From assembly GCA_964413685.1 (NCBI GenBank), contig CAYPSW010000002.1, positions 141,526 to 205,525 on the forward strand: a DNA stretch of 64,000 bases. Reading direction: 5' to 3'. Shown here piece by piece: positions 30,940 to 39,060 of the stretch (position 1 is its first letter; each line of letters begins with the position of its first letter). The notes under the pieces were generated by a model. It made no database searches, was not told where the DNA came from, and was given only the letters and a program-made list of their open reading frames with translations. The position numbers and the translations under genes are program-made. Source of the stretch: an uncultured Chitinophagales bacterium (GTDB taxonomy: Bacteria > Bacteroidota > Bacteroidia > Chitinophagales > S012-47).

Positions 30940-31031
30940 ATTAAAAAATTTATTGGCACGAAGTTACTTAAATACTCCATGGCTTATGGGTTAAAGATTG
31001 TTAAGCGATTTTGTAAAATGGAAGCAATCTA

Positions 31032-31074
31032 AACAAGGATTGAACAAAGTTCAATTAACTTGTTGTTTTTTTTT
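31032..31074 (+). terminator. Strong orphan intrinsic terminator
   Basis: Two-tier hairpin: outer stem AACAAG/CTTGTT, inner stem ATTGAAC/GTTCAAT with loop AAA, followed by G and 9 T. The opposite strand has no T-run. Confidence 0.8.
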
Positions 31075-31115
31075 AAATAGTTTTCAATTAAATTATTTTT
31101 TGAGCAACGAAGCCT

Positions 31116-31123
31116 TAATTTTG
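31116..31123 (+). promoter_or_regulatory. -7 promoter box (TAATTTTG) upstream of the 117-aa ORF
   Basis: Exact TAnnTTTG, 35 nt upstream of the ATG at 31159. Confidence 0.5.
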
Positions 31124-31158
31124 CTCGTCTATTTAAACATATCGAAGTTAGAGAAGAA

Positions 31159-31512
31159 ATGAATAAGGAACCGGAAGATGATATTTTATTTGAAACTGAT
31201 TTTGGATCGGTTAGGGTCGTTAGATATTGTAATAAATTGCGTATTATTTATGGCAATTTGATTTTGGAGCAATCTCAAATTGAATTCCGCCATTTTTTAA
31301 GCAAACTGAGTAAGCTTTCTTCATATGTGGCTGATGTACGACATTCATACTATAGAAAATTTATCATCCGTCTTAAAAAATATACCGGCCAAATGACCTT
31401 CGATAGTAAAGAAGTAGAAGAATTGTATGAGCTGCTGGGAGGAGCTCATACCATGCTAGAACTTGAACAAATGGTTCAGGAAATTTCACGTCCTATTCCA
31501 CCAAAATCTTAA
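31159..31512 (+). CDS. Hypothetical protein, 117 aa, no family recognised
   Basis: ATG-initiated ORF with its own -7 box. Predicted soluble, with mixed beta then helical segments and no recognisable motif. Confidence 0.55.
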   Translation: MNKEPEDDILFETDFGSVRVVRYCNKLRIIYGNLILEQSQIEFRHFLSKLSKLSSYVADVRHSYYRKFIIRLKKYTGQMTFDSKEVEELYELLGGAHTMLELEQMVQEISRPIPPKS

Positions 31513-31647
31513 TGTCAAATTTCAATATCCTTCAAATCTCACTCATTTTTTTCTGAAATCTCGTCTTTATTTTCATCGAGCCCTTGACAAAACGGATTAG
31601 AATGACTAATTTCAGCTTGCTTTTGTATCACTCTCAAATGCCCCCAT

Positions 31648-31905
31648 ATGAGAAACCTATTATTGATTACCCGAAAACAAAGTAATAATTCTTTGAGCCC
31701 CTACTTAAAAGGGCTTGGTTATACAGTTTCCTGCATTGTGAAATCTGCTGAGCAAGCCATAAAGAATGCGCAAAAATTTTCACCCGACATTATTGTGATG
31801 GATTTTGAAGAATCAAAACTGATTGATGGACGGTCTATTTATCAGGAAATAAGGCAACATCAAATTGAAATCCCAATTATCTATATGTCTGCTCCCTCTG
31901 CCTGA
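31648..31905 (+). CDS. Truncated or degenerate receiver (REC)-like protein, 85 aa, possibly a gene remnant
   Basis: A beta1-alpha1-beta2-alpha2-beta3 pattern with DIIVMD at the phospho-acceptor position and IPIIYMS as beta4. The acidic pair after beta1 is T-R-K, and the ORF ends before alpha4/beta5, so there is no conserved Lys. Confidence 0.45.
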   Translation: MRNLLLITRKQSNNSLSPYLKGLGYTVSCIVKSAEQAIKNAQKFSPDIIVMDFEESKLIDGRSIYQEIRQHQIEIPIIYMSAPSA

Positions 31906-31940
31906 CACAGGTATTTCCTTTCCGTCATGTATATATCCGC

Positions 31941-31974
31941 ATAAAAAAAAGAAGCTGTTTTCTTCAGCTTCTTT
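31941..31974 (-). terminator. Strong minus-strand intrinsic terminator, about 420 nt downstream of tRNA-Arg
   Basis: On the minus strand, a 9-10 bp stem AAGAAGCTG/CAGCTTCTT with a 7-nt loop, followed by 8 T (plus-strand A-run at 31943-31950). Confidence 0.8.
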
Positions 31975-32129
31975 AAGGGTTAGCCTATTTCTGATTCATT
32001 CCATTCAGCAGAGCAGGCCGTACATTAATCTATACAAAAAGGAACAAGGGATTGAAAAAAGCGGATAAAATTTTTCTTTTTTAAAAATAAATACCGTAAA
32101 ATTGCATATTGTTGATTCATTCACTTAAC

Positions 32130-32180
32130 GAAAGCATGGTTTCTTTTTAGGGGTATTTTGGAACCATGTTTTCTTTTTTT
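32130..32180 (+). terminator. Strong plus-strand intrinsic terminator with no obvious upstream gene
   Basis: 14-bp stem GAAAGCATGGTTTC/GGAACCATGTTTTC (two G-U pairs) with a 16-nt loop, followed by 7 T. Confidence 0.75.
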
Positions 32181-32389
32181 CTTCAATTCTTTGTGTAAGT
32201 TGTACACCTTTTACTTCCACAAATCTCATTTGTTTCAATTGCTTTGATTTTTTTCCCCTTTGGTGTCTTAGGTGGTATCATAAGTATCTGTAAAACAACA
32301 ATTTGAGAATTGTACTTACAATTTTATAAGGTGATTCCTACTACAGGGTTTTCTTCCTGAAGCGCTAGATTTGGCAGAGAATAAAAAAG

Positions 32390-32461
32390 TGACCCCACCA
32401 GGATTCGAACCTGGATCTAAAGTTTAGGAAACTTTTATTCTATCCCTTGAACTATGGGGCC
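32390..32461 (-). tRNA. tRNA-Arg (anticodon CCT)
   Basis: Hand-folded on the minus strand. Acceptor GGCCCCA/TGGGGTC (one G-U), anticodon stem AAAGT/ACTTT with loop TTCCTAA, T-arm CCAGG-TTCGAAT-CCTGG. 72 nt. Lies 47 nt downstream of metG on the same strand. Confidence 0.88.
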
Positions 32462-32508
32462 AAAGAGAGTCGGTAAAAATACTGATAATTGAGGCGTTGG
32501 ACAATTTG

Positions 32509-34569
32509 CTAACAAATGACTGAACCGGGATCAATAGGATCAAGCGGACTTAATAAAGACAGATTACCTTCTTTATCTTCAGCCATCAAAATCATTCCTT
32601 GCGATTCGATGCCTTTAATTTTTCTGGGTTTCAAATTGGCTACTATGCACACTTGGCGCCCAATCATATCATCAGAATCGAATTGGTCTGCAATGCCAGA
32701 TAAGATCGTTCTTGTCTCAGAGCCAAGATCGATTTGAAATTGTAAAAGTTTATCTGTTTTTGGCACTTTCTCTGCCGCTTTGATGGTGCCAACAAGCAAT
32801 TCCATCTCCTCAAATTGATTAAAATCAATGAGGGCTTTATGTGAGATGCTTTCTTTTTTCACTTTTTCGGAGATTTGATTGGATTGTAGCTTATTTATCT
32901 GTTGCTCAACAATATCGTTTTCAATCTTATCGAATAATAATTCTGGAGTTGGTAATTTCTGACCGGTTTTCAGAATATCAAATCTTCCAATGTCATTCCA
33001 GAAATAATCACGTAGATTTATTTTCATCAATTTTGCCATTTTTCTAGCTGTAAATGGAAGGAAAGGTTGACAAGCTAAAGACAATGAAGCACATATTTGT
33101 AAGGCAAGATATAATATTTGTTCAGCTTTTTTAGGGTTGGTCTTCACAATGATCCATGGTTCTGAATCAGCCAAATACTTATTTCCAAAACGGGCCATTC
33201 CCATTAGTTCATTCAAAGCAGCTCTGAATCTGAAATGCTCAAGATGAGTTTCAATCTCGGAAGCAAATTCTTTTATCTTTTGCTGAATGGATTCAGTATC
33301 GGTAGGGGTTGAACTTTTTGAATATTCCGGAACTTGTCCTTTACAATATTTCTGAGTGAGAACTAAAGAGCGGTTAACAAAATTTCCAAGTACCGCCACT
33401 AATTCATTATTATTTTTGGATTGAAAATCTTTCCATGTAAATTCACTATCCCTGGTTTCGGGCATATTTGTTGTCAATACATAGCGTAAAATGTCTTGCT
33501 TTTCAGGAAAATCCTTCAAGTATTCATGCAGCCAGACTGCCCAATTCCTGCTTGTCGATATCTTCTTCCCTTCCATATTCATAAACTCATTGGCAGGTAC
33601 ATTTTCAGGTAAGATATAGTCTCCATGTGCTTTCAGGATAATTGGAAATATGATACAATGGAAGACAATATTGTCTTTACCAATGAAATGAATCAGACTT
33701 GTGTCATCTGATTGCCACCACGGTTTCCAATCAATTCCTTTTTCTGCAGCCCATGCTTTTGTTGCAGAGATATACCCAATCGGTGCATCAAGCCAGACAT
33801 ACAATACTTTTCCTTCTGCATTTGGCAGGGGAACTTTCACGCCCCAATCCAAATCCCGGGTCATGGCACGAGGCTGCAAACCAAGGTCAAGCCATGATTT
33901 ACATTGACCGTAAACATTTTTCTTCCAGTCTTCTTTATGCTCTTCAAGAATCCACTTTTTAAGCCAGGATTCAAATTTTTGCATAGGTAAATACCAATGA
34001 CTTGTTTTTTTTAGAATAGGTTTTTTCCCACTTAAAGTACTGACCGGATTTATCAGATCTTTCGAATTTAAACTCGACCCACATTTTTCACATTGGTCGC
34101 CATAAGCTGAATCGTGTCTGCAGATGGGGCAGGTGCCGCTTATATATCGATCAGCAAGATACTGATCGTATTCCTCATCATAATATTGTTCGGATTCCTC
34201 AAGAATAAATTCACCCTTATCATACAGCGTTTTGAAAAATTCTGAAGCTGTTTCGTGATGAATTTTTGAAGATGTGCGGTGATAAATGTCGAAGTCGATA
34301 CCAAAATCTTTGAAACTCTTTTTATTTAACTCATGGAAATGGTCGACTAGCTCCTGAGGTGTTTTTCCCTCTTTCAATGCTTTAAGGGTGATGGCAATTC
34401 CATTTTCATCCGAACCGCAAATAAAAGCTACTTCTTTACCCTTCAAACGAAGATATCTGGTATAAATATCAGGAGATATATATGCACCCGCAAGTTGCCC
34501 GATATGAATAGGTCCGTTTGCATAAGGGAGTGCTGCTGTTATTGTGTATCGTTTAGGGTGCTTCTTCAT
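32509..34569 (-). CDS. metG: Methionyl-tRNA synthetase
   Basis: 686 aa. The HIGH region is present as [11 protein letters not shown], with a KMSTS-like KISTS, a zinc knuckle CPIC..CEKCG and a C-terminal tRNA-binding (EMAP/Trbp111-like) domain. Confidence 0.95.
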   Translation of the reverse strand: MKKHPKRYTITAALPYANGPIHIGQLAGAYISPDIYTRYLRLKGKEVAFICGSDENGIAITLKALKEGKTPQELVDHFHELNKKSFKDFGIDFDIYHRTSSKIHHETASEFFKTLYDKGEFILEESEQYYDEEYDQYLADRYISGTCPICRHDSAYGDQCEKCGSSLNSKDLINPVSTLSGKKPILKKTSHWYLPMQKFESWLKKWILEEHKEDWKKNVYGQCKSWLDLGLQPRAMTRDLDWGVKVPLPNAEGKVLYVWLDAPIGYISATKAWAAEKGIDWKPWWQSDDTSLIHFIGKDNIVFHCIIFPIILKAHGDYILPENVPANEFMNMEGKKISTSRNWAVWLHEYLKDFPEKQDILRYVLTTNMPETRDSEFTWKDFQSKNNNELVAVLGNFVNRSLVLTQKYCKGQVPEYSKSSTPTDTESIQQKIKEFASEIETHLEHFRFRAALNELMGMARFGNKYLADSEPWIIVKTNPKKAEQILYLALQICASLSLACQPFLPFTARKMAKLMKINLRDYFWNDIGRFDILKTGQKLPTPELLFDKIENDIVEQQINKLQSNQISEKVKKESISHKALIDFNQFEEMELLVGTIKAAEKVPKTDKLLQFQIDLGSETRTILSGIADQFDSDDMIGRQVCIVANLKPRKIKGIESQGMILMAEDKEGNLSLLSPLDPIDPGSVIC

Positions 34570-34592
34570 TTATCTTGTGTTGTGATTTTTAG

Positions 34593-34600
34593 CAAAGTTA
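34593..34600 (-). promoter_or_regulatory. -7 promoter box (TAACTTTG) upstream of metG
   Basis: Exact TAnnTTTG on the minus strand, 23 nt upstream of the metG ATG. Confidence 0.5.
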
Positions 34601-34657
34601 AGAAAGCAATCAAACACAGCCTGCTTAAAAGTCAGGTAATAGATGTTTTGAAAAGGG

Positions 34658-34665
34658 TAATTTTG
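34658..34665 (+). promoter_or_regulatory. -7 promoter box (TAATTTTG) upstream of the GT4 gene
   Basis: Exact TAnnTTTG, 19 nt upstream of the ATG at 34685. Confidence 0.5.
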
Positions 34666-34684
34666 GCTTTAAGTTGGAAGTAAT

Positions 34685-35884
34685 ATGCTAAAAATTCTTA
34701 GAATTATTAATCGATTAAATTTGGGTGGCCCTACCTATAATGCTGCCTATCTCAGTAAATATCTGGAAGCTGACTATGAAACAAAACTCCTGGCCGGTAA
34801 AATTGATAAGCAGGAAGCAAGCTCTCGATTTATTATGGATAGTTTAGATGTTAAAGTGCATACCATTAGATCTATGCACCGCAATATCCATCTGTATAAT
34901 GACTGGCTTGCGTATCGGGAAATTAAAAACATCATTCGTACATTTAAACCTGATATTATTCACACTCATGCTGCAAAAGCAGGTGCTTTAGGACGTTTGG
35001 CTGCATACAGACTACATGTTCCTGTAATAATACACACTTTTCACGGGCATGTTTTTCATCACTATTTCAATTCAATAAAGACATTATTTTTTTTAAAAAT
35101 TGAACGATTCCTTGCTCACAAGTCTCAGGCCTTAATTGCCTTGAGTAAGCAACAAAAAGACGAATTGGTGAACATTTACAAGATTGCTCCCGCTGAGAAA
35201 TTTAAAATCATCCCTTTAGGATTCGATCTTCACAAATTCAAAGAAAATTCAGATATCAAGCGAAGAAATTTTAGAAAGCGTTTTGGAATTACAAGGGACG
35301 ATGTTGCCATTGGCATTGTGGGGCGTTTTGTGCCCATAAAAAATCATCGGTTATTTCTTTTTGCCATATCAAAAATTGCTGAAGAACAGAGAAAGCATTT
35401 GAGGATTTTTATAGTTGGTGATGGAGAAACTATGAACCTGCTTACCGATTATTGTACACAACTGAATCTGGACTACACACTTGGAAATCCACCCGATAGA
35501 CAGTCGATGATAACATTCACTTCCTGGATTACCGTTGTGGATGAATTGATGGCCGGTATGGATATTATTGCATTAAGTTCAGATAATGAAGGAACACCAG
35601 TATCTTTAATTGAAGCACAAGCAGCTGGCAAACCCATTGTTTCAACCTGTGTTGGCGGAGTTGCCGACATTGTTGTAGAAGGCAGGAATGCCCTATTATC
35701 TATGCCCAATGATGCTGAGGCATTTGCTGCAAATATTTCAGCAATGATTAAGCATCTTCAAACGTTTACAAACGAAGCAATAAAACGAGTTGAATTAGTT
35801 CATACATTATACGATTATCACAGATTGGTTGAGGATATGTCAGTTTTGTATAAAAGCTTATTGCAAGAAGCCTCTGATTCTTAA
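34685..35884 (+). CDS. Glycosyltransferase family 4 (GT-B fold)
   Basis: 399 aa. N-terminal GGP..N...L pattern, and a C-terminal EGTPVSLIEAQAAGKPIVST (E-x7-E-like motif). Confidence 0.85.
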   Translation: MLKILRIINRLNLGGPTYNAAYLSKYLEADYETKLLAGKIDKQEASSRFIMDSLDVKVHTIRSMHRNIHLYNDWLAYREIKNIIRTFKPDIIHTHAAKAGALGRLAAYRLHVPVIIHTFHGHVFHHYFNSIKTLFFLKIERFLAHKSQALIALSKQQKDELVNIYKIAPAEKFKIIPLGFDLHKFKENSDIKRRNFRKRFGITRDDVAIGIVGRFVPIKNHRLFLFAISKIAEEQRKHLRIFIVGDGETMNLLTDYCTQLNLDYTLGNPPDRQSMITFTSWITVVDELMAGMDIIALSSDNEGTPVSLIEAQAAGKPIVSTCVGGVADIVVEGRNALLSMPNDAEAFAANISAMIKHLQTFTNEAIKRVELVHTLYDYHRLVEDMSVLYKSLLQEASDS

Positions 35885-35906
35885 TTAGCAAGTTGCTTCC
35901 ATTTAT

Positions 35907-35914
35907 TACTTTTG
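35907..35914 (+). promoter_or_regulatory. -7 promoter box (TACTTTTG) upstream of the Wza-like gene
   Basis: Exact TAnnTTTG, 16 nt upstream of the ATG at 35931. Confidence 0.5.
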
Positions 35915-35930
35915 TTATTCAATCAAAAAT

Positions 35931-36707
35931 ATGCAAAAGCGCATTTTATTCTCTTTATTCCTTCTTTGCATAATCGGCCAATCCGGTTGCCGGACTTTTT
36001 ATCCGAATATCATGTTCAAGTTGCCCAAAGATTATCCAATCACAGCCTTAAACCAGATGGAGGCAGAAGAATACCACATTCAACCGGGTGATAAAATGAA
36101 TTTACGTGTATTTTCTAATGAAGCATATAACCAGGTAAATTCCTTAATACCGGCATTTGAAAACAGTTCCAACATACAACAAAACAATATGATGAGCTAC
36201 CTTGTCAGGCAAGATAGTTTGGTTGAATTACCCATAATAGGTTTACAAAATCTTGTTGGGCTTACTATCCCGGCAGCCCAGGAGAAATTAAAAAGTGCTT
36301 ATACAGAATATTATAATAAACCTTTTGTATTGCTTGAGGTGATCAATCGAAGAGTTATTGTATTCAACGGAAGTGATAATGCAAGTATCGTTGCTCTTGA
36401 TGATGAAAATATGTCTTTAGTTGAGGTCTTAGGACAAGCCGGTGGGATTCAAGTTAATGGAAAGGCCTTTAGGATAAAATTAATCCGTGGAGATTTGGAA
36501 AACCCCCAGGTTGCCATTATCGATTTATCAACACTGGAGGGCATGAAGGAAGCCGAAATGACGGTACAGGCCAATGATATCATTTATATTGAAACGACTT
36601 CAAAAATAACAACAGGCTTCCTGCGAGAACTAAGCCCGATTGTAGGTATTATTACCAGTATTGCATCCATCTATGTTTTAATCAGAACTACCAGTCTTGG
36701 AAATTAA
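35931..36707 (+). CDS. Polysaccharide export protein (Wza-like, Poly_export + SLBB)
   Basis: 258 aa with a lipoprotein-type signal (GQSGC). Y.I.PGD.L.v.v motif and an SLBB-like segment (V.VLG.AG). Confidence 0.8.
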   Translation: MQKRILFSLFLLCIIGQSGCRTFYPNIMFKLPKDYPITALNQMEAEEYHIQPGDKMNLRVFSNEAYNQVNSLIPAFENSSNIQQNNMMSYLVRQDSLVELPIIGLQNLVGLTIPAAQEKLKSAYTEYYNKPFVLLEVINRRVIVFNGSDNASIVALDDENMSLVEVLGQAGGIQVNGKAFRIKLIRGDLENPQVAIIDLSTLEGMKEAEMTVQANDIIYIETTSKITTGFLRELSPIVGIITSIASIYVLIRTTSLGN

Positions 36708-36729
36708 ACACAAACGTATAGCCAATCCT

Positions 36730-39048
36730 ATGGATCGCATTTTTGGGGAAGGGTTTAATTTTCCATTGCTAATCAGTACCATCAGAAAAAGTATTGTTTG
36801 GATTGCTTTATTCCTGCTTGTAGCGGTAGTTATTGCGTTTATTTATTTGCGTTATACACCTACGGCTTACGAAGCATCGTCCAAGATTATTTATAAAGAA
36901 GCCGAAACTACCAAAGCACTGGATTTTGTTGGCCAGCAAGCTCGTCACGATGCATTTAGTGATGTTGAAGTAATTCGTTCATCGGCCATTTTACATCGGG
37001 CCTTAGCTATGCTCCCTTTGGAAATTAGTTATTTTTCGAAAGGTAAATTCATGAATACTGAACTATATGCTTCTACTCCTTTTCTTGCTTCAGTTCAAGT
37101 AAAACAATCTGAAATTTATGATAAGCCAATTTATATCTCGTTAAAAGATAATCAACATTTTCTGTTGTTTGATGAAGAAGGAAAACCATTACTTCCTGGT
37201 CTGCTCGATTATGATAAAACGTATGAATTAGCAGCTTGCAATCTATCCATTTCACTAGCTGATTCCAGGCAGCATATTGACTCTCGTGAACTGTTTTTTG
37301 TTATCAACAATAATGAAACACTCATCAATAATCTAAGAAAGAATCTCAGTATTTCTGTGGTGAATAGCCGGTCACAAATTCTCAGTATTCAAGTACGTGA
37401 TAATGTGGCATCGAAGGCGAGCGATTGGGTAAATGCTATTGCAGAAGTATTTGTGAAATACGACCGAGAAAGGCAAATGGAAAGTGCGGATCATGTGCTC
37501 GAATTCATCGATTCTCAGATGGATACTCTGATGACTGATTTGCTGGTCAGCGAAAGAGAAATCCGGCTTTATAAGCAGGATAATAAGATCGTTAGCCCAG
37601 AGACTGAACAAACATTTTTACAAGGACAACTTGATGTACTAGACGAAAAGATGCTTGATTTGGAAAATGATCTGCGTACAGTGAAATGGCTGGAGGACTA
37701 TATTAAAGACGGCCATTCCTTATCGGCTATTCCCTTCTCAACTTTGGGAAATTTTAGCGACTTTTCAGGGGCAATTACACAGATTATTGATTTAGAAAAT
37801 CAAAAGAATGAATTATTAATTGGTCTAACGCCAAATCACCTTCGTGTCAAATTTATTAATGATCAAATTGAAAAAACAAAAAGTGATTTACTGTTAGCAG
37901 TCATCAATGCAAAGCAAAAAATTAATCAAGAATATCAGCGTTTTAAATCGCAATACAGTCAATACGAATTTACTTATCTCAATCTTCCCGAGAAACAGGC
38001 AGAAATATTAAGATTAACAAGACTTTATGATCTGAAGCAAAAATATTATCTGCAATTCAAAGAAAAGTCACTGGAATATGAAATTATCAAAGCCGGCATC
38101 GTATCGAAATATTCAATTCTAGAACGAGCAACTAATGGATATCAGGTTGCTCCACGCAGGCGATTCATTCAATTAATTGCCCTGTTTATTGGACTTGTAT
38201 TTGGTATTGGACTTGTTGTGCTCAGGTATTTGATGCAAAATAAAATATTGTCTTTACGAGATCTGGAGGATAATACAGATATTCCCATCCTTGGAATAGT
38301 TCCCCATTTAAAAAGGAAAATGCCTCAAGCTCGACCGGTAGTATTTAATAATCCCAAATCAATTGTAGCAGAGTCCTTCCGTAGTATCAGAACAAATCTT
38401 GAGTTTTTGCATGCCGGTAAAAATCAAAAAACCATTGCCATCACCTCAACAATTTCCGGTGAAGGGAAAACTTTCGCTGCTGTTAATTTAGCCTGTGTTC
38501 TACAGATGGCAGGCAACAGAGTTGTCCTCATTGATCTGGATCTTCGGAAGCCCAAAATTCATCAGGCTTTCGATTTTGACAATAGTCAGGGGATGACAAC
38601 CCTACTTATTGGTCGGCAAAGCTGGCAAGATAGCATCAGAAAAACAAAACATGAAGGACTGGATGTCATTACGGCTGGCCCCGTGCCACCAAATCCTGCA
38701 GAATTGTTGTTGTCAAATAGATTTAGGGAAATGCTGCAAGAACTGACTGAAATGTATGATAAGATTGTTATCGATACAGCTCCTATAGCTTTAGTTACAG
38801 ACGCAATGCAGCTAATGCAGCTTATCGATTACCCGGTTTTTGTATACCGGGCTGAATATTCTGAGCGTGATTTTCTCAATCTTCCTAATCGATGGTTTGA
38901 AGAAAAGCGTATCCAACACTTGTCAATCATTTTGAATGATGTGAAATTAGGATCTAGAGGTTATGGGCCTTATGGCCGGGGGTATGGTTACGGCTATGGC
39001 TATTATTCTGACGATCATCAGAAAAATAAAAAGTGGTGGAGAAAATAA
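36730..39048 (+). CDS. Polysaccharide co-polymerase / tyrosine autokinase (Wzc/GumC-like)
   Basis: Wzz-type N-terminal domain with two TM segments and a coiled-coil periplasmic region. C-terminal BY-kinase with Walker A SGEGKT and a Tyr-rich tail GYGPYGRGYGYGYGYY. ATG at 36730 chosen over the TTG at 36697. Confidence 0.85.
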   Translation: MDRIFGEGFNFPLLISTIRKSIVWIALFLLVAVVIAFIYLRYTPTAYEASSKIIYKEAETTKALDFVGQQARHDAFSDVEVIRSSAILHRALAMLPLEISYFSKGKFMNTELYASTPFLASVQVKQSEIYDKPIYISLKDNQHFLLFDEEGKPLLPGLLDYDKTYELAACNLSISLADSRQHIDSRELFFVINNNETLINNLRKNLSISVVNSRSQILSIQVRDNVASKASDWVNAIAEVFVKYDRERQMESADHVLEFIDSQMDTLMTDLLVSEREIRLYKQDNKIVSPETEQTFLQGQLDVLDEKMLDLENDLRTVKWLEDYIKDGHSLSAIPFSTLGNFSDFSGAITQIIDLENQKNELLIGLTPNHLRVKFINDQIEKTKSDLLLAVINAKQKINQEYQRFKSQYSQYEFTYLNLPEKQAEILRLTRLYDLKQKYYLQFKEKSLEYEIIKAGIVSKYSILERATNGYQVAPRRRFIQLIALFIGLVFGIGLVVLRYLMQNKILSLRDLEDNTDIPILGIVPHLKRKMPQARPVVFNNPKSIVAESFRSIRTNLEFLHAGKNQKTIAITSTISGEGKTFAAVNLACVLQMAGNRVVLIDLDLRKPKIHQAFDFDNSQGMTTLLIGRQSWQDSIRKTKHEGLDVITAGPVPPNPAELLLSNRFREMLQELTEMYDKIVIDTAPIALVTDAMQLMQLIDYPVFVYRAEYSERDFLNLPNRWFEEKRIQHLSIILNDVKLGSRGYGPYGRGYGYGYGYYSDDHQKNKKWWRK

Positions 39049-39060
39049 GCCTGCATTTAT

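Noticed and set aside
31036-31046. AGGATTGAAC resembles the T-arm of the nearby tRNA-Arg (AGGATTCGAAC on the plus strand) and could be a degenerate att repeat bounding an island.
   Set aside because: The match is only 10 nt with a gap, and the flanks do not match. The bases are already explained as the inner stem of the 31032-31074 terminator. Chance similarity is plausible.
31865-32068. A 67-aa plus-strand ORF overlapping the end of the receiver-like ORF.
   Set aside because: It starts with a non-ATG codon, reads straight through the 31941-31974 terminator hairpin and its A8 tract (giving KKKK), and has no motif. Most likely spurious.
32025-32281. The two small minus-strand ORFs interpreted as a type I toxin-antitoxin module.
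   Set aside because: Neither peptide has the single clean hydrophobic helix typical of type I toxins. One is strongly basic and hydrophilic, and the other is interrupted by KKK and R residues. Neither has a promoter box. They are kept only as a note under the terminator finding.
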